NCBI RefSeq assembly: GCF_000446015.1
Contig: NC_022093.1
Span: 1,200,001-1,232,000, forward strand
DNA length: 32,000 nucleotides
Reading direction: 5' to 3'
From: Thermofilum adornatum
Lineage (GTDB): Archaea > Thermoproteota > Thermoprotei > Thermofilales > Thermofilaceae
Shown here: piece by piece, positions 8,967 through 17,126 of the stretch
Numbering within the stretch: the stretch's first letter is position 1
Layout: every line of letters begins with the position of its first letter
Position numbers and translations under genes: made by a program
Notes under the pieces: generated by a model
Database searches by the model: none
What the model was told of the DNA's origin: nothing
What the model saw: the letters and a program-made list of their open reading frames with translations, nothing else

Positions 8967-9002
8967 GTGATGAGAATAAACAGCATATAAAATCTGACAG
9001 CT

Positions 9003-10010
9003 CTATGCGGGAGAGTTTAAGGGTGGCGACCCACTCGCTTTAAGTTTCTCGTATGCCCTTCTGGCAGCCTCCTTGAGTTCCCCTGCCCTTTCCTCCGGCA
9101 AGCCGTCATAAGTGAAAACCCATCCTCCCCACTCTATCCCGGCTGGGTACTTCAGTTTGTCTTGAGACCTGTGAACGGGGTAGAACTCTACGTGAAAATG
9201 AAAATCCACGTCTCCGCGGCACGGAGCTTGATGCAGAATCATCATGTAAGGCAAGCTGAAGCCGAAAAGCGAGTTATAAGTAGCTACGACAAATCGAATA
9301 GCGTCCGCCAGGGTTTTTTCCTCCTCCTTTTTCAATTCTTTGAGACTGCCAAAGTGGCGCAAAGGATAAATGTGTACCTCGTAAGGCCACATAGCGTAGA
9401 AGGGCAAGACAGCCACAAAATCTCTGTTTTCATATATGACTCTCTCTTTTCCGTCCCTCTCTAGTTTGGTGATGTGGCAAATTAGGCACTCTCCATGATC
9501 CTCTATGAACTTTTTCTGCATCTCTATTTCCCTAGCTACCCGAGGAGGAATAAATGGTAATACATAGACTTGGCTATGCGGATGTGTCAGGGAGACACCA
9601 ATCACTTCTCCCTTGTTCCTAAATGGGAGCACATACTGAATCTTTTCATCCATGCATTCCTTCTCTGTTACGCTCCTAAGCGTCTCTATGTATTTAACTA
9701 GGTTCTCAAATGGGATGCTGTCTAGATCCCCCTCGTGTTCTGGCGTCTCAACTACAACCTTTGCAGAACCATAAGCCTCACGTACAAGGTAAATATCCCG
9801 AGATTCCCGAGATACTCTAGCTTCGCGTTTCAATGCTGGGAACTTATTATCCAGCAAGAGAACATCCCAGCCAAAGCCAGTCTCATCGCTCCCTGGACAG
9901 AAGGGGCATCTTTCTACTTGTCTCCAGGGACGCTTGCTACGTTGACTTGAAACTATGACCCAGCATCCCAGAAGAGGGTTCCACCTTAACTCGTTATAAC
10001 TGTTGCTCAC
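9003..10010 (-). CDS. galT: Galactose-1-phosphate uridylyltransferase (HIT superfamily, class I GalT)
   Basis: Active-site HPHSQ (HxHxQ) in SLTHPHSQVYVLPF and Zn-site CPFCPG. The 374-aa track ORF (to 10127) overlaps the upstream gene by 82 nt. The GTG at 10010 (VSNSYNELRWNPLLGCW) gives a conventional N-terminus. Confidence 0.85.
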   Translation of the reverse strand: MSNSYNELRWNPLLGCWVIVSSQRSKRPWRQVERCPFCPGSDETGFGWDVLLLDNKFPALKREARVSRESRDIYLVREAYGSAKVVVETPEHEGDLDSIPFENLVKYIETLRSVTEKECMDEKIQYVLPFRNKGEVIGVSLTHPHSQVYVLPFIPPRVAREIEMQKKFIEDHGECLICHITKLERDGKERVIYENRDFVAVLPFYAMWPYEVHIYPLRHFGSLKELKKEEEKTLADAIRFVVATYNSLFGFSLPYMMILHQAPCRGDVDFHFHVEFYPVHRSQDKLKYPAGIEWGGWVFTYDGLPEERAGELKEAARRAYEKLKASGSPPLNSPA

Positions 10011-10045
10011 AAAGCTAAGCAATAAAAAAAGAAAAATAAGTCTTT

Positions 10046-10366
10046 TTAAAGAAGGGTTGGGAAAAAGAAGCCGAAAATGGCGTTTATGATGTAGACGAGC
10101 ACCGCGATGACTGCTGCGCCTAGCCATCCGACGCCCTGTATCTTTCTAAGGGCGTATAGCCATACAAGAATAGCTATCACTGTTCCAAAAGGTATCTCTA
10201 CAACTTTGAAGACCCAGAAAATTATTGCTCCAATAAGTGCCGTTATGAAGGCTCCAGTGATTGATTCTGCTTTCTGTTTTCCTGGAAAGATTTTTAGCGC
10301 TAGCCAGACTGCGATGGCTGATACAATCCATCCTAGAATAAAGTTAATTATTGTTCCCACTGTCAC
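10046..10366 (-). CDS. Small 4-TM membrane protein of unknown function (possibly PF04020-like)
   Basis: 106 aa, strongly hydrophobic, GTG start. TTTTAAATTT is centred ~29 nt upstream. It lies immediately upstream of galT on the same strand. Confidence 0.5.
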   Translation of the reverse strand: MTVGTIINFILGWIVSAIAVWLALKIFPGKQKAESITGAFITALIGAIIFWVFKVVEIPFGTVIAILVWLYALRKIQGVGWLGAAVIAVLVYIINAIFGFFFPTLL

Positions 10367-10390
10367 GATATAATGTATAGTGATAAAGGC

Positions 10391-10400
10391 TTTTAAATTT
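10391..10400 (-). promoter_or_regulatory. TATA-like box for the small membrane protein/galT transcript
   Basis: TTTTAAATTT ~29 nt upstream of the GTG at 10366. Confidence 0.4.
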
Positions 10401-10440
10401 TTCCTAGCCTTTCCTTTTACTGAAAATATTTTTGAAAAAA

Positions 10441-10448
10441 TTTTAATC
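10441..10448 (+). promoter_or_regulatory. TATA-like box for galK
   Basis: TTTTAATC centred ~26 nt upstream of the GTG at 10471. It overlaps the second of two tandem 12-mers (TGAAAATATTTT / TGAAAAAATTTT, 10421-10444). Confidence 0.4.
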
Positions 10449-10470
10449 CACCATTGTTGAATTAAAACAT

Positions 10471-11598
10471 GTGTTCACTGCGTCAGCTCCAGGTAGAGTG
10501 GATTTCCTCAACACGCACCAGGACTATAAGGGTTTACCAGTTGTTCCCATAGCGATAAACCTGAGGACATACGTAACAGTGATAGAGGAGAGCAACTACT
10601 TTGAAATCAAGAGCGAAGACCTCTGCAGAGAGGGCAAAGACTGCATCGACAAGTTCTCTCCCTTGAATCCGTCACTACTCGAAGGAAGATGGTGGGGAAA
10701 CTATCTCAGAGCAGTTGTGAAAGCTGTAGAGGAGCATCTGGGAGAGCCCCTAAGAAAAGGCTTCAAGGCAACCATCACGAGCAAGGTTCCCGTTGGAAGC
10801 GGATTATCAAGTAGCGCCGCACTAGAAGTGTCCTTCCTGAAGGCTATCGACCACTTCTGCAATCTTGGCCTCTCAAAAAAGGACTTAGCCGAGCTAGCCT
10901 TCCAGGCGGAAAACAGGATAGCAGGCATCCCCTGTGGTAGACTAGACCAGTACTCTTCGGCCTTCGGCGGAATAATTCTATTGAGACCCAAACCTCCCGT
11001 GGAAATAGAAGAATTAAAGCCTGGAAACGTGCAACTCATAGTTGTAGACTCTGGGATAAGGCATAGTGTCGCAGATATACATCCATCAAGGCAGGAGGAG
11101 ATAAATAGCGCCCTTAGGAAGCTAATGGAGAACCCAAAAGTTCCTCATGAGCTTAGGGAAAAACTAGGATACAGATATGACCAGCCAAAATGGGAACAAA
11201 TTAGCCTAGATGAGATAGAGCCATACCTGGACATCTTAGCCGAAAAGGAAAGGAAAAGAATCCTCTTTACCATCCTAATGCAGGCCTCAACAATGAGAGC
11301 AGTAGAAAAAATGAGGAGAGAAAACTGGAACCTAAAAGAGATAGCACCCGAAATCAACTACCAGCACGAACTGCTAAGAGACCTATACGATGTAAGCCTC
11401 CCCCAGCTCGAAAAGATAAGGGACGCGATGCTCAAGGCTGGAGCCCTAGCTGTAAAGCTGAGCGGCGCAGGCATGGGAGGAAGCCTCATAGCACTAGTAG
11501 AGAAAAATGAAGAAGAAATAGTAAAGTCTGCACTTTCCGCCGGCGCTAAGGAAGCGTGGAAAGTATGGCCTGACAGTGGAGCGCGGATTGAAGAATAA
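10471..11598 (+). CDS. galK: Galactokinase (GHMP kinase family)
   Basis: 375 aa. N-terminal APGRVDFLNTHQDY matches the galactokinase signature GRxNLIGEHxDY. GHMP ATP motif PVGSGLSSSAALEV. C-terminal SGAGMGGS. The nearby ATG at 10469 is out of frame and terminates quickly. Confidence 0.88.
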   Translation: MFTASAPGRVDFLNTHQDYKGLPVVPIAINLRTYVTVIEESNYFEIKSEDLCREGKDCIDKFSPLNPSLLEGRWWGNYLRAVVKAVEEHLGEPLRKGFKATITSKVPVGSGLSSSAALEVSFLKAIDHFCNLGLSKKDLAELAFQAENRIAGIPCGRLDQYSSAFGGIILLRPKPPVEIEELKPGNVQLIVVDSGIRHSVADIHPSRQEEINSALRKLMENPKVPHELREKLGYRYDQPKWEQISLDEIEPYLDILAEKERKRILFTILMQASTMRAVEKMRRENWNLKEIAPEINYQHELLRDLYDVSLPQLEKIRDAMLKAGALAVKLSGAGMGGSLIALVEKNEEEIVKSALSAGAKEAWKVWPDSGARIEE

Positions 11599-11619
11599 TT
11601 TTTCCTAGAATCAACACCT

Positions 11620-13656
11620 TTATTCAAAGCAACCATAAGTGGCGGCAAGCTCTGGATACCCGCACCTGGTAAGCTGCATGCATACCGCATAGTTTTTCTT
11701 CTGCGTATATTCTTTAAGAAGCAAAGCGGCTTCAAGTAGAATGTTTGAATACTCACATTTCCCACGGCTAAGTAGCTTAACAAAGTCCTCGAGCTCCCTC
11801 AATGTGTCCAGATCCTGCTTTTCTCTTATCTTCGCCTCTAAATACGCAAGCTTCACTGAATAATAGCTGGCATTCTCGGCCCCACCCATTTTTTCTAGTA
11901 CCCCTCCCAGGATTTTCTTGGCATTTGCATAGTCCTTTAAATGAATAAATGCGATACCCATCAGAGTCTCCAGTTGTATGTTCTTCTCTAACCCAATCTT
12001 TTCCACTTCACCGATTGCCTCTAGTGCAAGCTCTGGGAGAAAACGGGAAAGCCTAGCCTCTGCAAGCCTATAGGACGTTTCCAGGATTTTTTCAGAGTAC
12101 CTGGGATTAATAGCATAAAGTTTTTTCAGGATTTCTAGCTGGAGCTCGAGTAGCTCTTCGGCAAGGGCCATAGCATAGTTGCTTGAGGCATGTCTCTCCA
12201 AGACATGTAGCCTGAAAAGAGTGGTATTGCTTAAAAGAGAGGAAACAGTCCCCCTGCTCAGGATAGAAACAGCTTCCAATATATCGACAGAGTTTTCGCT
12301 GTGCAGATTGTTTAGTGCGAGAAAAGCCAGATACTTGTCTGCACCAGGTACGCCTGAAACAAGGAACCATGAAGCTATGAAGGGGGCCTCGGATGAATAA
12401 ACCTTTTCTGCTATATTGCTTGGAACCAATATCTTTTCCCGAAACATCCCCTGGACATAGCTGTTCCTGAAAGAGTACAGTCCCAGGTGCGGAACCTTTA
12501 GCAAAAGTCTCTGTAGTATAGCTTCAGACTCCTCGTCAATCTCCTCTATTAACTCTACCGGGAAGCTCCTGGTCTTAAACATTGAAGGCAACCTAAGTGC
12601 ATCTGCAACCTTCACTGGAACGATTTTTCTAAGTTTCTCAGCTAGTAGACCAATATCGCCTGGAACTTCACAATTTTGCCCCAGCACTTGGCAAACGCCT
12701 AGATATGTAGAGGCCAGATCTACATAGGAGGGATTTCCCATACTTTTCTTAGCGATTTCGTGGGCAAGCCGTTCGTCATCAACCCCGTCCCACTTTAGTC
12801 TAGAAGAAGCAATTTTTTCAGCGTCCTCGAGTGTTATTACTCCTTCAAGTTCTACTAGTTGCCGCGACGCGCCGTCCCAGCCGGCAGGCGTGAATAAAAA
12901 GTCTTTGCCAGGTGTAAAGACAACCTTTTTACCTGAGAGCTTAAACGCTACGTTTTGAGAGCCATAGTAGAGAGTATAATTTTCGCTTAGTAGCTTTTCA
13001 GACAACTTGAATGCAAAGCTGTGTTTTCCCCAGCCGTTTTCACCGCTAATTAGAATTGCTCTTCCAGAATCTATGTTCCTTAATGCGTCCTCAAGCAAGG
13101 CTTCGATCCTTTCGCTTACTATTATCTCTGTAAGGAGGGGCCAGAGGTAATCTATCATCCAGGGCAGATTCTCTCGCATAATAGAGACAACGTAAAGCTC
13201 TCCCTTTTTTGGTTCGACCTTAATATTGTATGAAAGTCTCTCAATAATCTCGTCTGCTATCTCCTTGCACTTGTGAAAGCTAGCCCCAGTAGTCTCCTCC
13301 ACAAAGGATAAGCCATTGACTAGCCACTTGACACTCTCTATGGTTAACAAAGAAAGATCTACGCCTCCAAAAAACGCCTCGACTAGTGCCCTAAATATTT
13401 CAGCAAGCCTCTTGTCTTTTCCTAGGATGTTTACCCAAGAGATTTTTTCTGATACCAGTTTGTTGAGAGTTTCCTTTATCCTTTCTGGCTCTTCTTTTCC
13501 AGCAAAAGCATGGAAAAGGACTGGTTCCACGTCGTCGAAAAATTTTCTGGCACAATCGTAAAATATTTCGGGAACATTTTCTAGAGAAGCCGACTCAGAG
13601 GCTAGTCTAGACAAGTTTTTTGCTACACAAGTATAGTATGTGTCCGAAGATATCAT
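11620..13656 (-). CDS. Large cytoplasmic protein with a degenerate P-loop (AAA_16/STAND-like) and a C-terminal helical-repeat (TPR-like) region; function unknown
   Basis: 678 aa. Walker-A-like ILISGENGWGKHS has His where Ser/Thr is expected. I found no canonical hhhhDE Walker B. The segment FLFTPAGWDGAS sits about where STAND proteins carry DDxxWAD. The last ~250 aa are amphipathic helical repeats. The start ATG overlaps the upstream stop (ATGA). Confidence 0.6.
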   Translation of the reverse strand: MISSDTYYTCVAKNLSRLASESASLENVPEIFYDCARKFFDDVEPVLFHAFAGKEEPERIKETLNKLVSEKISWVNILGKDKRLAEIFRALVEAFFGGVDLSLLTIESVKWLVNGLSFVEETTGASFHKCKEIADEIIERLSYNIKVEPKKGELYVVSIMRENLPWMIDYLWPLLTEIIVSERIEALLEDALRNIDSGRAILISGENGWGKHSFAFKLSEKLLSENYTLYYGSQNVAFKLSGKKVVFTPGKDFLFTPAGWDGASRQLVELEGVITLEDAEKIASSRLKWDGVDDERLAHEIAKKSMGNPSYVDLASTYLGVCQVLGQNCEVPGDIGLLAEKLRKIVPVKVADALRLPSMFKTRSFPVELIEEIDEESEAILQRLLLKVPHLGLYSFRNSYVQGMFREKILVPSNIAEKVYSSEAPFIASWFLVSGVPGADKYLAFLALNNLHSENSVDILEAVSILSRGTVSSLLSNTTLFRLHVLERHASSNYAMALAEELLELQLEILKKLYAINPRYSEKILETSYRLAEARLSRFLPELALEAIGEVEKIGLEKNIQLETLMGIAFIHLKDYANAKKILGGVLEKMGGAENASYYSVKLAYLEAKIREKQDLDTLRELEDFVKLLSRGKCEYSNILLEAALLLKEYTQKKNYAVCMQLTRCGYPELAATYGCFE

Positions 13657-14735
13657 AAGCCGTAAAAATTATTATTGAATATTTGTTTTTTGCCTTGAAT
13701 CTCTTTTTCGAAGAGAACAACCTCCTTTCCGTCCCACTTGCAAAGCCTAACCTTGCCCCCCTCTATCCTGACGTATGTCTTATTCTCCACGCCGTTATCG
13801 GAATTATAACTGTTTTTTACCCAGCTACCAGTGTTGATAAAAACTTTCCCATTGCTAACCAAAAATCCGGGAACATGTGTGTGTCCAAAAATCACTACAT
13901 CCACCCTGCCGATTTCTGGGTACGACTCCAGAAATGAAACTAGCTTTTTAAGAGGCTTGCTCACTGCCAGTGACTCTATGCTCTTTCCACGTAGCCTACT
14001 CTTGAAAAGTCTCGGCCCAATTTTCTGTACAAAGCCGTACCACACCTTGTCCTGGAGGTCCCTCCAGAGAAGAATGATCAGGGGCGAAAAGAGTATGATG
14101 CTTGCCAGGATAATTGTAGCCTCCATGAGTAGCGATGTCGCATGGAAAAGGAAAAGCAACAAAAGGACGGTAAGCGTCGCCAAAGCTGCAAAAAACCATT
14201 CGAGCGGCCCAGGCAAGGCAAACAGCATCTCCGAGAACAAATAGATATAGGACTGGACTCTCCAAAGACCCTTTGTAAGAAGGAAAAGGTTGTCCAGCTG
14301 GTGGCCGTGGAAAAGGAGGACCTTCTTCCCCTCCACGTCGAGCAGGAGGATGTCTGGAGTAACATATATTTCTCCAGCCCACCTACTACCAGGGAAACGC
14401 ATCCTCGCAGATATCCTGTCATGATTGCCTGGCACAAAAATGACCGAGGAACTTAGGCGAGCAATAAGACGCAAAGGATTCAAGGCGTCCTGGAAAACGT
14501 CTCTCAGGCTCCCGCTCCAGAGCTCAAAAATGTCGCCAAGGAGAACCAGTAGCCTAGTCTTGTCCTCATCGTTGAGGTGATCCAAAAAATTTGAGAGATC
14601 TTCGTGGAGAGAAAGTGTCCTCCCACCATACCTTAAACCGAAATGCACATCGGAAAAAACAATTGCGTTTTCGTCTTTTGCCAAGTGTACAAGAGGAACC
14701 CTGCGTCCACCGACATTTAGCTCCTCCACAAACAT
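13653..14735 (-). CDS. Calcineurin-like metallophosphoesterase (LpxH-like) with an inserted pair of TM helices
   Basis: All five motifs are present: SDVHFG, LGDIFELW, PGNHD, FHGH and FGHTHVPG. A ~60-aa hydrophobic insert (WFFAALATLTVLLLLFLF ... IILASIILFSPLIILLW) lies between HGH and GHTH. The track start at 14747 is TTG, so the ATG at 14735 is preferred. Confidence 0.8.
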   Translation of the reverse strand: MFVEELNVGGRRVPLVHLAKDENAIVFSDVHFGLRYGGRTLSLHEDLSNFLDHLNDEDKTRLLVLLGDIFELWSGSLRDVFQDALNPLRLIARLSSSVIFVPGNHDRISARMRFPGSRWAGEIYVTPDILLLDVEGKKVLLFHGHQLDNLFLLTKGLWRVQSYIYLFSEMLFALPGPLEWFFAALATLTVLLLLFLFHATSLLMEATIILASIILFSPLIILLWRDLQDKVWYGFVQKIGPRLFKSRLRGKSIESLAVSKPLKKLVSFLESYPEIGRVDVVIFGHTHVPGFLVSNGKVFINTGSWVKNSYNSDNGVENKTYVRIEGGKVRLCKWDGKEVVLFEKEIQGKKQIFNNNFYGL

Positions 14736-14859
14736 ATCTAGACGCAAAGCCTAAGTTGTCCCAAGAAATAAATTTATCCCCCGTAGCATAAGCAACGTAC
14801 CAGATTACTAGCAAAAAATTTAATTCTACAGTTTTCTCGTACAGACAAGGACTGAACTA

Positions 14860-15705
14860 ATGGGTGACAAGAAAGAAGCAGTAGCCATAGCAACTTTCAT
14901 GACTGTTCTAGGTGTAACAATAGGGAAAGGCATAGTCTATCTCCTCACCTCAAGCATGTCAGCACTAACCGAGTTCGCAGACTCGGTGACGGACATAGCT
15001 ACCTCACTTTTGACGTTCATCTCTGTTAGGCTCGGAAACAAGCCGCCAGACGAAAACCACCACTACGGACACGGTAAAGCAGAGGCAATAGCCGGCTACA
15101 CAATTGGAATTTTCGCAACAATTGCCATGTTCTATATTGCTCGGGAAATACTAACACGCTTAACAACCGGGTACCAGGTTCACGCCAACCAAGAAGCAAT
15201 CTACTTGACAGCTGGACTAATAGTTGTAGATATCTTCCTTGTAGCGATAAACTATATTGGATACAGAATCGAGAAGAGCCTCGCCCTTAGGGCAAACACA
15301 ATAAACTATCTAGGAGACACAGTAAGAGGCTCAGGCCTACTCCTAGCAATATCCATCCCCAGCCTAGACCTCCCAATCGCAACACTACTCTTCACATTCT
15401 TGGCTTACGAGGTTTACAGACTCCTCCGCGAAACAACCTCCGTACTAATGGACGAGTCGCCAACAGACCTAACACTTAAAATAATGGAAGCTCTCAGGGA
15501 AACAAAAGAAGTAAAAGAAATAAGAAAAATCCGTACAAGGTGGACAGGAAACACCTACCACGTGGACCTCACATTAGCCCTAGACCCAAGCTATACACTA
15601 GAAGAAGCACACAAAATCTCGGAGACAATTGAGAAGAAGATAAAGAATCTATCAAGCTCAAAAATAGACATAACTACCCACCTCGAACCATGCGACCCTT
15701 CCTAA
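14860..15705 (+). CDS. Cation diffusion facilitator (CDF) family metal efflux transporter
   Basis: 281 aa. TM domain with DSVTDIATS and HHYGHGKAEA motifs, followed by a C-terminal cytoplasmic domain (TRWTGNTYHVDLTLALD). Confidence 0.85.
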   Translation: MGDKKEAVAIATFMTVLGVTIGKGIVYLLTSSMSALTEFADSVTDIATSLLTFISVRLGNKPPDENHHYGHGKAEAIAGYTIGIFATIAMFYIAREILTRLTTGYQVHANQEAIYLTAGLIVVDIFLVAINYIGYRIEKSLALRANTINYLGDTVRGSGLLLAISIPSLDLPIATLLFTFLAYEVYRLLRETTSVLMDESPTDLTLKIMEALRETKEVKEIRKIRTRWTGNTYHVDLTLALDPSYTLEEAHKISETIEKKIKNLSSSKIDITTHLEPCDPS

Positions 15706-15747
15706 GAAGATTTGAGGTATATGAAACATAACATATAGCGCATGTAG

Positions 15748-16107
15748 CGCGCGCTAACCGTTTGCCCGATGGGCGCTTCATACATAGATAAGAATGGTCT
15801 CGTAAAGATCGACCCGAGCCTCTGCATTGGATGCAAGTACTGCATGACCGCGTGCCCGTACGGCATGAGGTGGCTTGAGCCCGTTCTTGGGCTACCGGAG
15901 AAATGCATGGGCGAAGAGTGCCAGACCAGGATTAAGCAGGGCCTACAGCCCGTCTGTGTAACAGTATGCCCAGCCGGAGCCAGGGCCTTCGGCGACCTAG
16001 ACGACCCCAAGAGTGAAATCAACAAGAGGCTTAAATCAGGCAGGGTCATAAAGTTGCTCGAGTATAAGGGTACTAAACCAAAATTCTTCGTGGTGGTGGG
16101 AAGATGA
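15748..16107 (+). pseudogene. 5'-truncated 4Fe-4S ferredoxin-type subunit (PsrB/NrfC/DmsB-like) of a molybdopterin oxidoreductase
   Basis: Only the C-terminal half is present: CIGCKYCMTACP plus KCMGEECQTRIKQGLQPVCVTVCPAGA. Family-like sequence continues upstream of the ATG (RALTVCPMGASYID) until the stop at 15745. The first two Cys clusters are missing, and no catalytic subunit gene lies nearby. Confidence 0.7.
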
Positions 16108-16980
16108 TATTCCAGGAAATTTGGAACCCGGTAGTGCTGGGATTCTTCCTCTGGTTCGCTGGTATCGCTGGAATGGGCAGTGTGGCCTATGCCTTAATGA
16201 AGATCTCCAAGGTCGAGGAGAAGCTAAAAGAATTATCAGTGATAATCTTCGTTTCCATTGTGCTGGCGCTTGTCTTCGTTGTAGCAGACCTATCTCGGCC
16301 CTTAAACATGCCCTTCGCAATCCTACAGTCTCTCCTATCGGGAACCTTCATCGTAAAGATATTCATCTCATGGATGAGTTTCGGAATATCTGTGCTTGCA
16401 CTTCTCCTGTTGCTCTCTTTCCTGTTGCTATTGAGGCATACGTTTGTTCCAGGCCTACAAAAGCTCACGGATCAGAAATGGTACCTCGTACTGACTGGTC
16501 TTATAGGATTCCTGGTCGTGATATACAGCGGATTCCTCATTGCAAATGCCCCAGGAATACCCTTGGAACAACGCACTTATCCCTGTTCTATGGATCTTCT
16601 CAGCCTCAGTATGTGCAGTGGCCATCCTCAAAATCCTCGTAAAGAACGAATCAATTATACACTTCCTTACACGGGCAGGACTCACACTCGAAGTAGGAGA
16701 ACTGGTTTCCCTAGTAGCTCTAATAAACGTCTCATTGTACTCGGGTATCGAGGCCGCACAAGAGAGCGCATACGCACTCTTCCTAGGCCCCCTGGCGCCG
16801 GCGTTCTGGCTATTTGTAATTATCATAGGAGTACTTGTACCTATGGGTCTAGGCTTCGTATTGCTTAAAAAGGAAGATAGAAACCTTGCTCTGATTTCAG
16901 CGATTTGCGGGCTCATAGGAGCCTTGGCCCTCAGAATGCTTGTCCTCTGGGCAGGAATACCAATACCAATAACACTCTAG
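16104..16980 (+). pseudogene. NrfD/PsrC-like membrane anchor subunit, disrupted by a frameshift near 16560-16563
   Basis: The N-terminal part is in the frame of 16104 (…FLIANAPGIP). The C-terminal part is in the frame of 16540 (WNNALIPVLWIFSASV…AGIPIPITL). Removing one base from the run ATACCCTTGG restores GIPWNNALIP. The ATGA overlap with the upstream FeS fragment is retained. Confidence 0.7.
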
Positions 16981-17126
16981 GGAAAAAGCCTTAAAAAATA
17001 TTATTTTTTCTTTGGAAATTATTCACTGTTAAAAACTTCCTCTACTTCCTCTATAGATGTTTTCATGTGTATAGCTCCTTTTTTTACATAAATGTTTATG
17101 TTCTAGAGAAGGTATACTCATGCTTT

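Noticed and set aside
8967-8997. C/D-box sRNA-like elements (GTGATGA at 8967-8973 and CTGA at 8994-8997)
   Set aside because: The span is only ~31 nt. That is too short for the C/D'/C'/D organisation of archaeal C/D sRNAs, and no terminal stem or internal boxes are present. The region is better explained as the promoter of the adjacent gene.
10011-10127. N-terminal extension of the galT ORF (374-aa version starting MARRSSHRGARLHH…)
   Set aside because: The extension overlaps the upstream 106-aa membrane gene by 82 nt and has no GalT-like sequence. The GTG at 10010 gives a conventional N-terminus.
11358-11783. 141-aa minus-strand ORF spanning the galK 3' end
   Set aside because: It is antisense to galK and out of frame with the 678-aa gene. 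It has no motifs and a low-complexity Ser/Ala/Pro composition.
13683-14456. Cluster of overlapping 84-137-aa ORFs on both strands within the phosphoesterase gene
   Set aside because: They are all nested in the frame that carries the complete set of metallophosphoesterase motifs. They probably arise from a local scarcity of stop codons.
16121-16916. Alternative-frame and antisense ORFs (173 aa on plus, 153 aa and 93 aa on minus) across the NrfD-like region
   Set aside because: The hydrophobic NrfD-like frames explain the region. These ORFs are Arg/Ser/Pro-rich shadow frames.
17036-17053. Tandem 9-mer CTTCCTCTA-CTTCCTCTA in the intergenic region upstream of the TauE-like gene
   Set aside because: There are only two copies of a short pyrimidine-rich unit with no associated structure. 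This is probably a slippage duplication without evident function.
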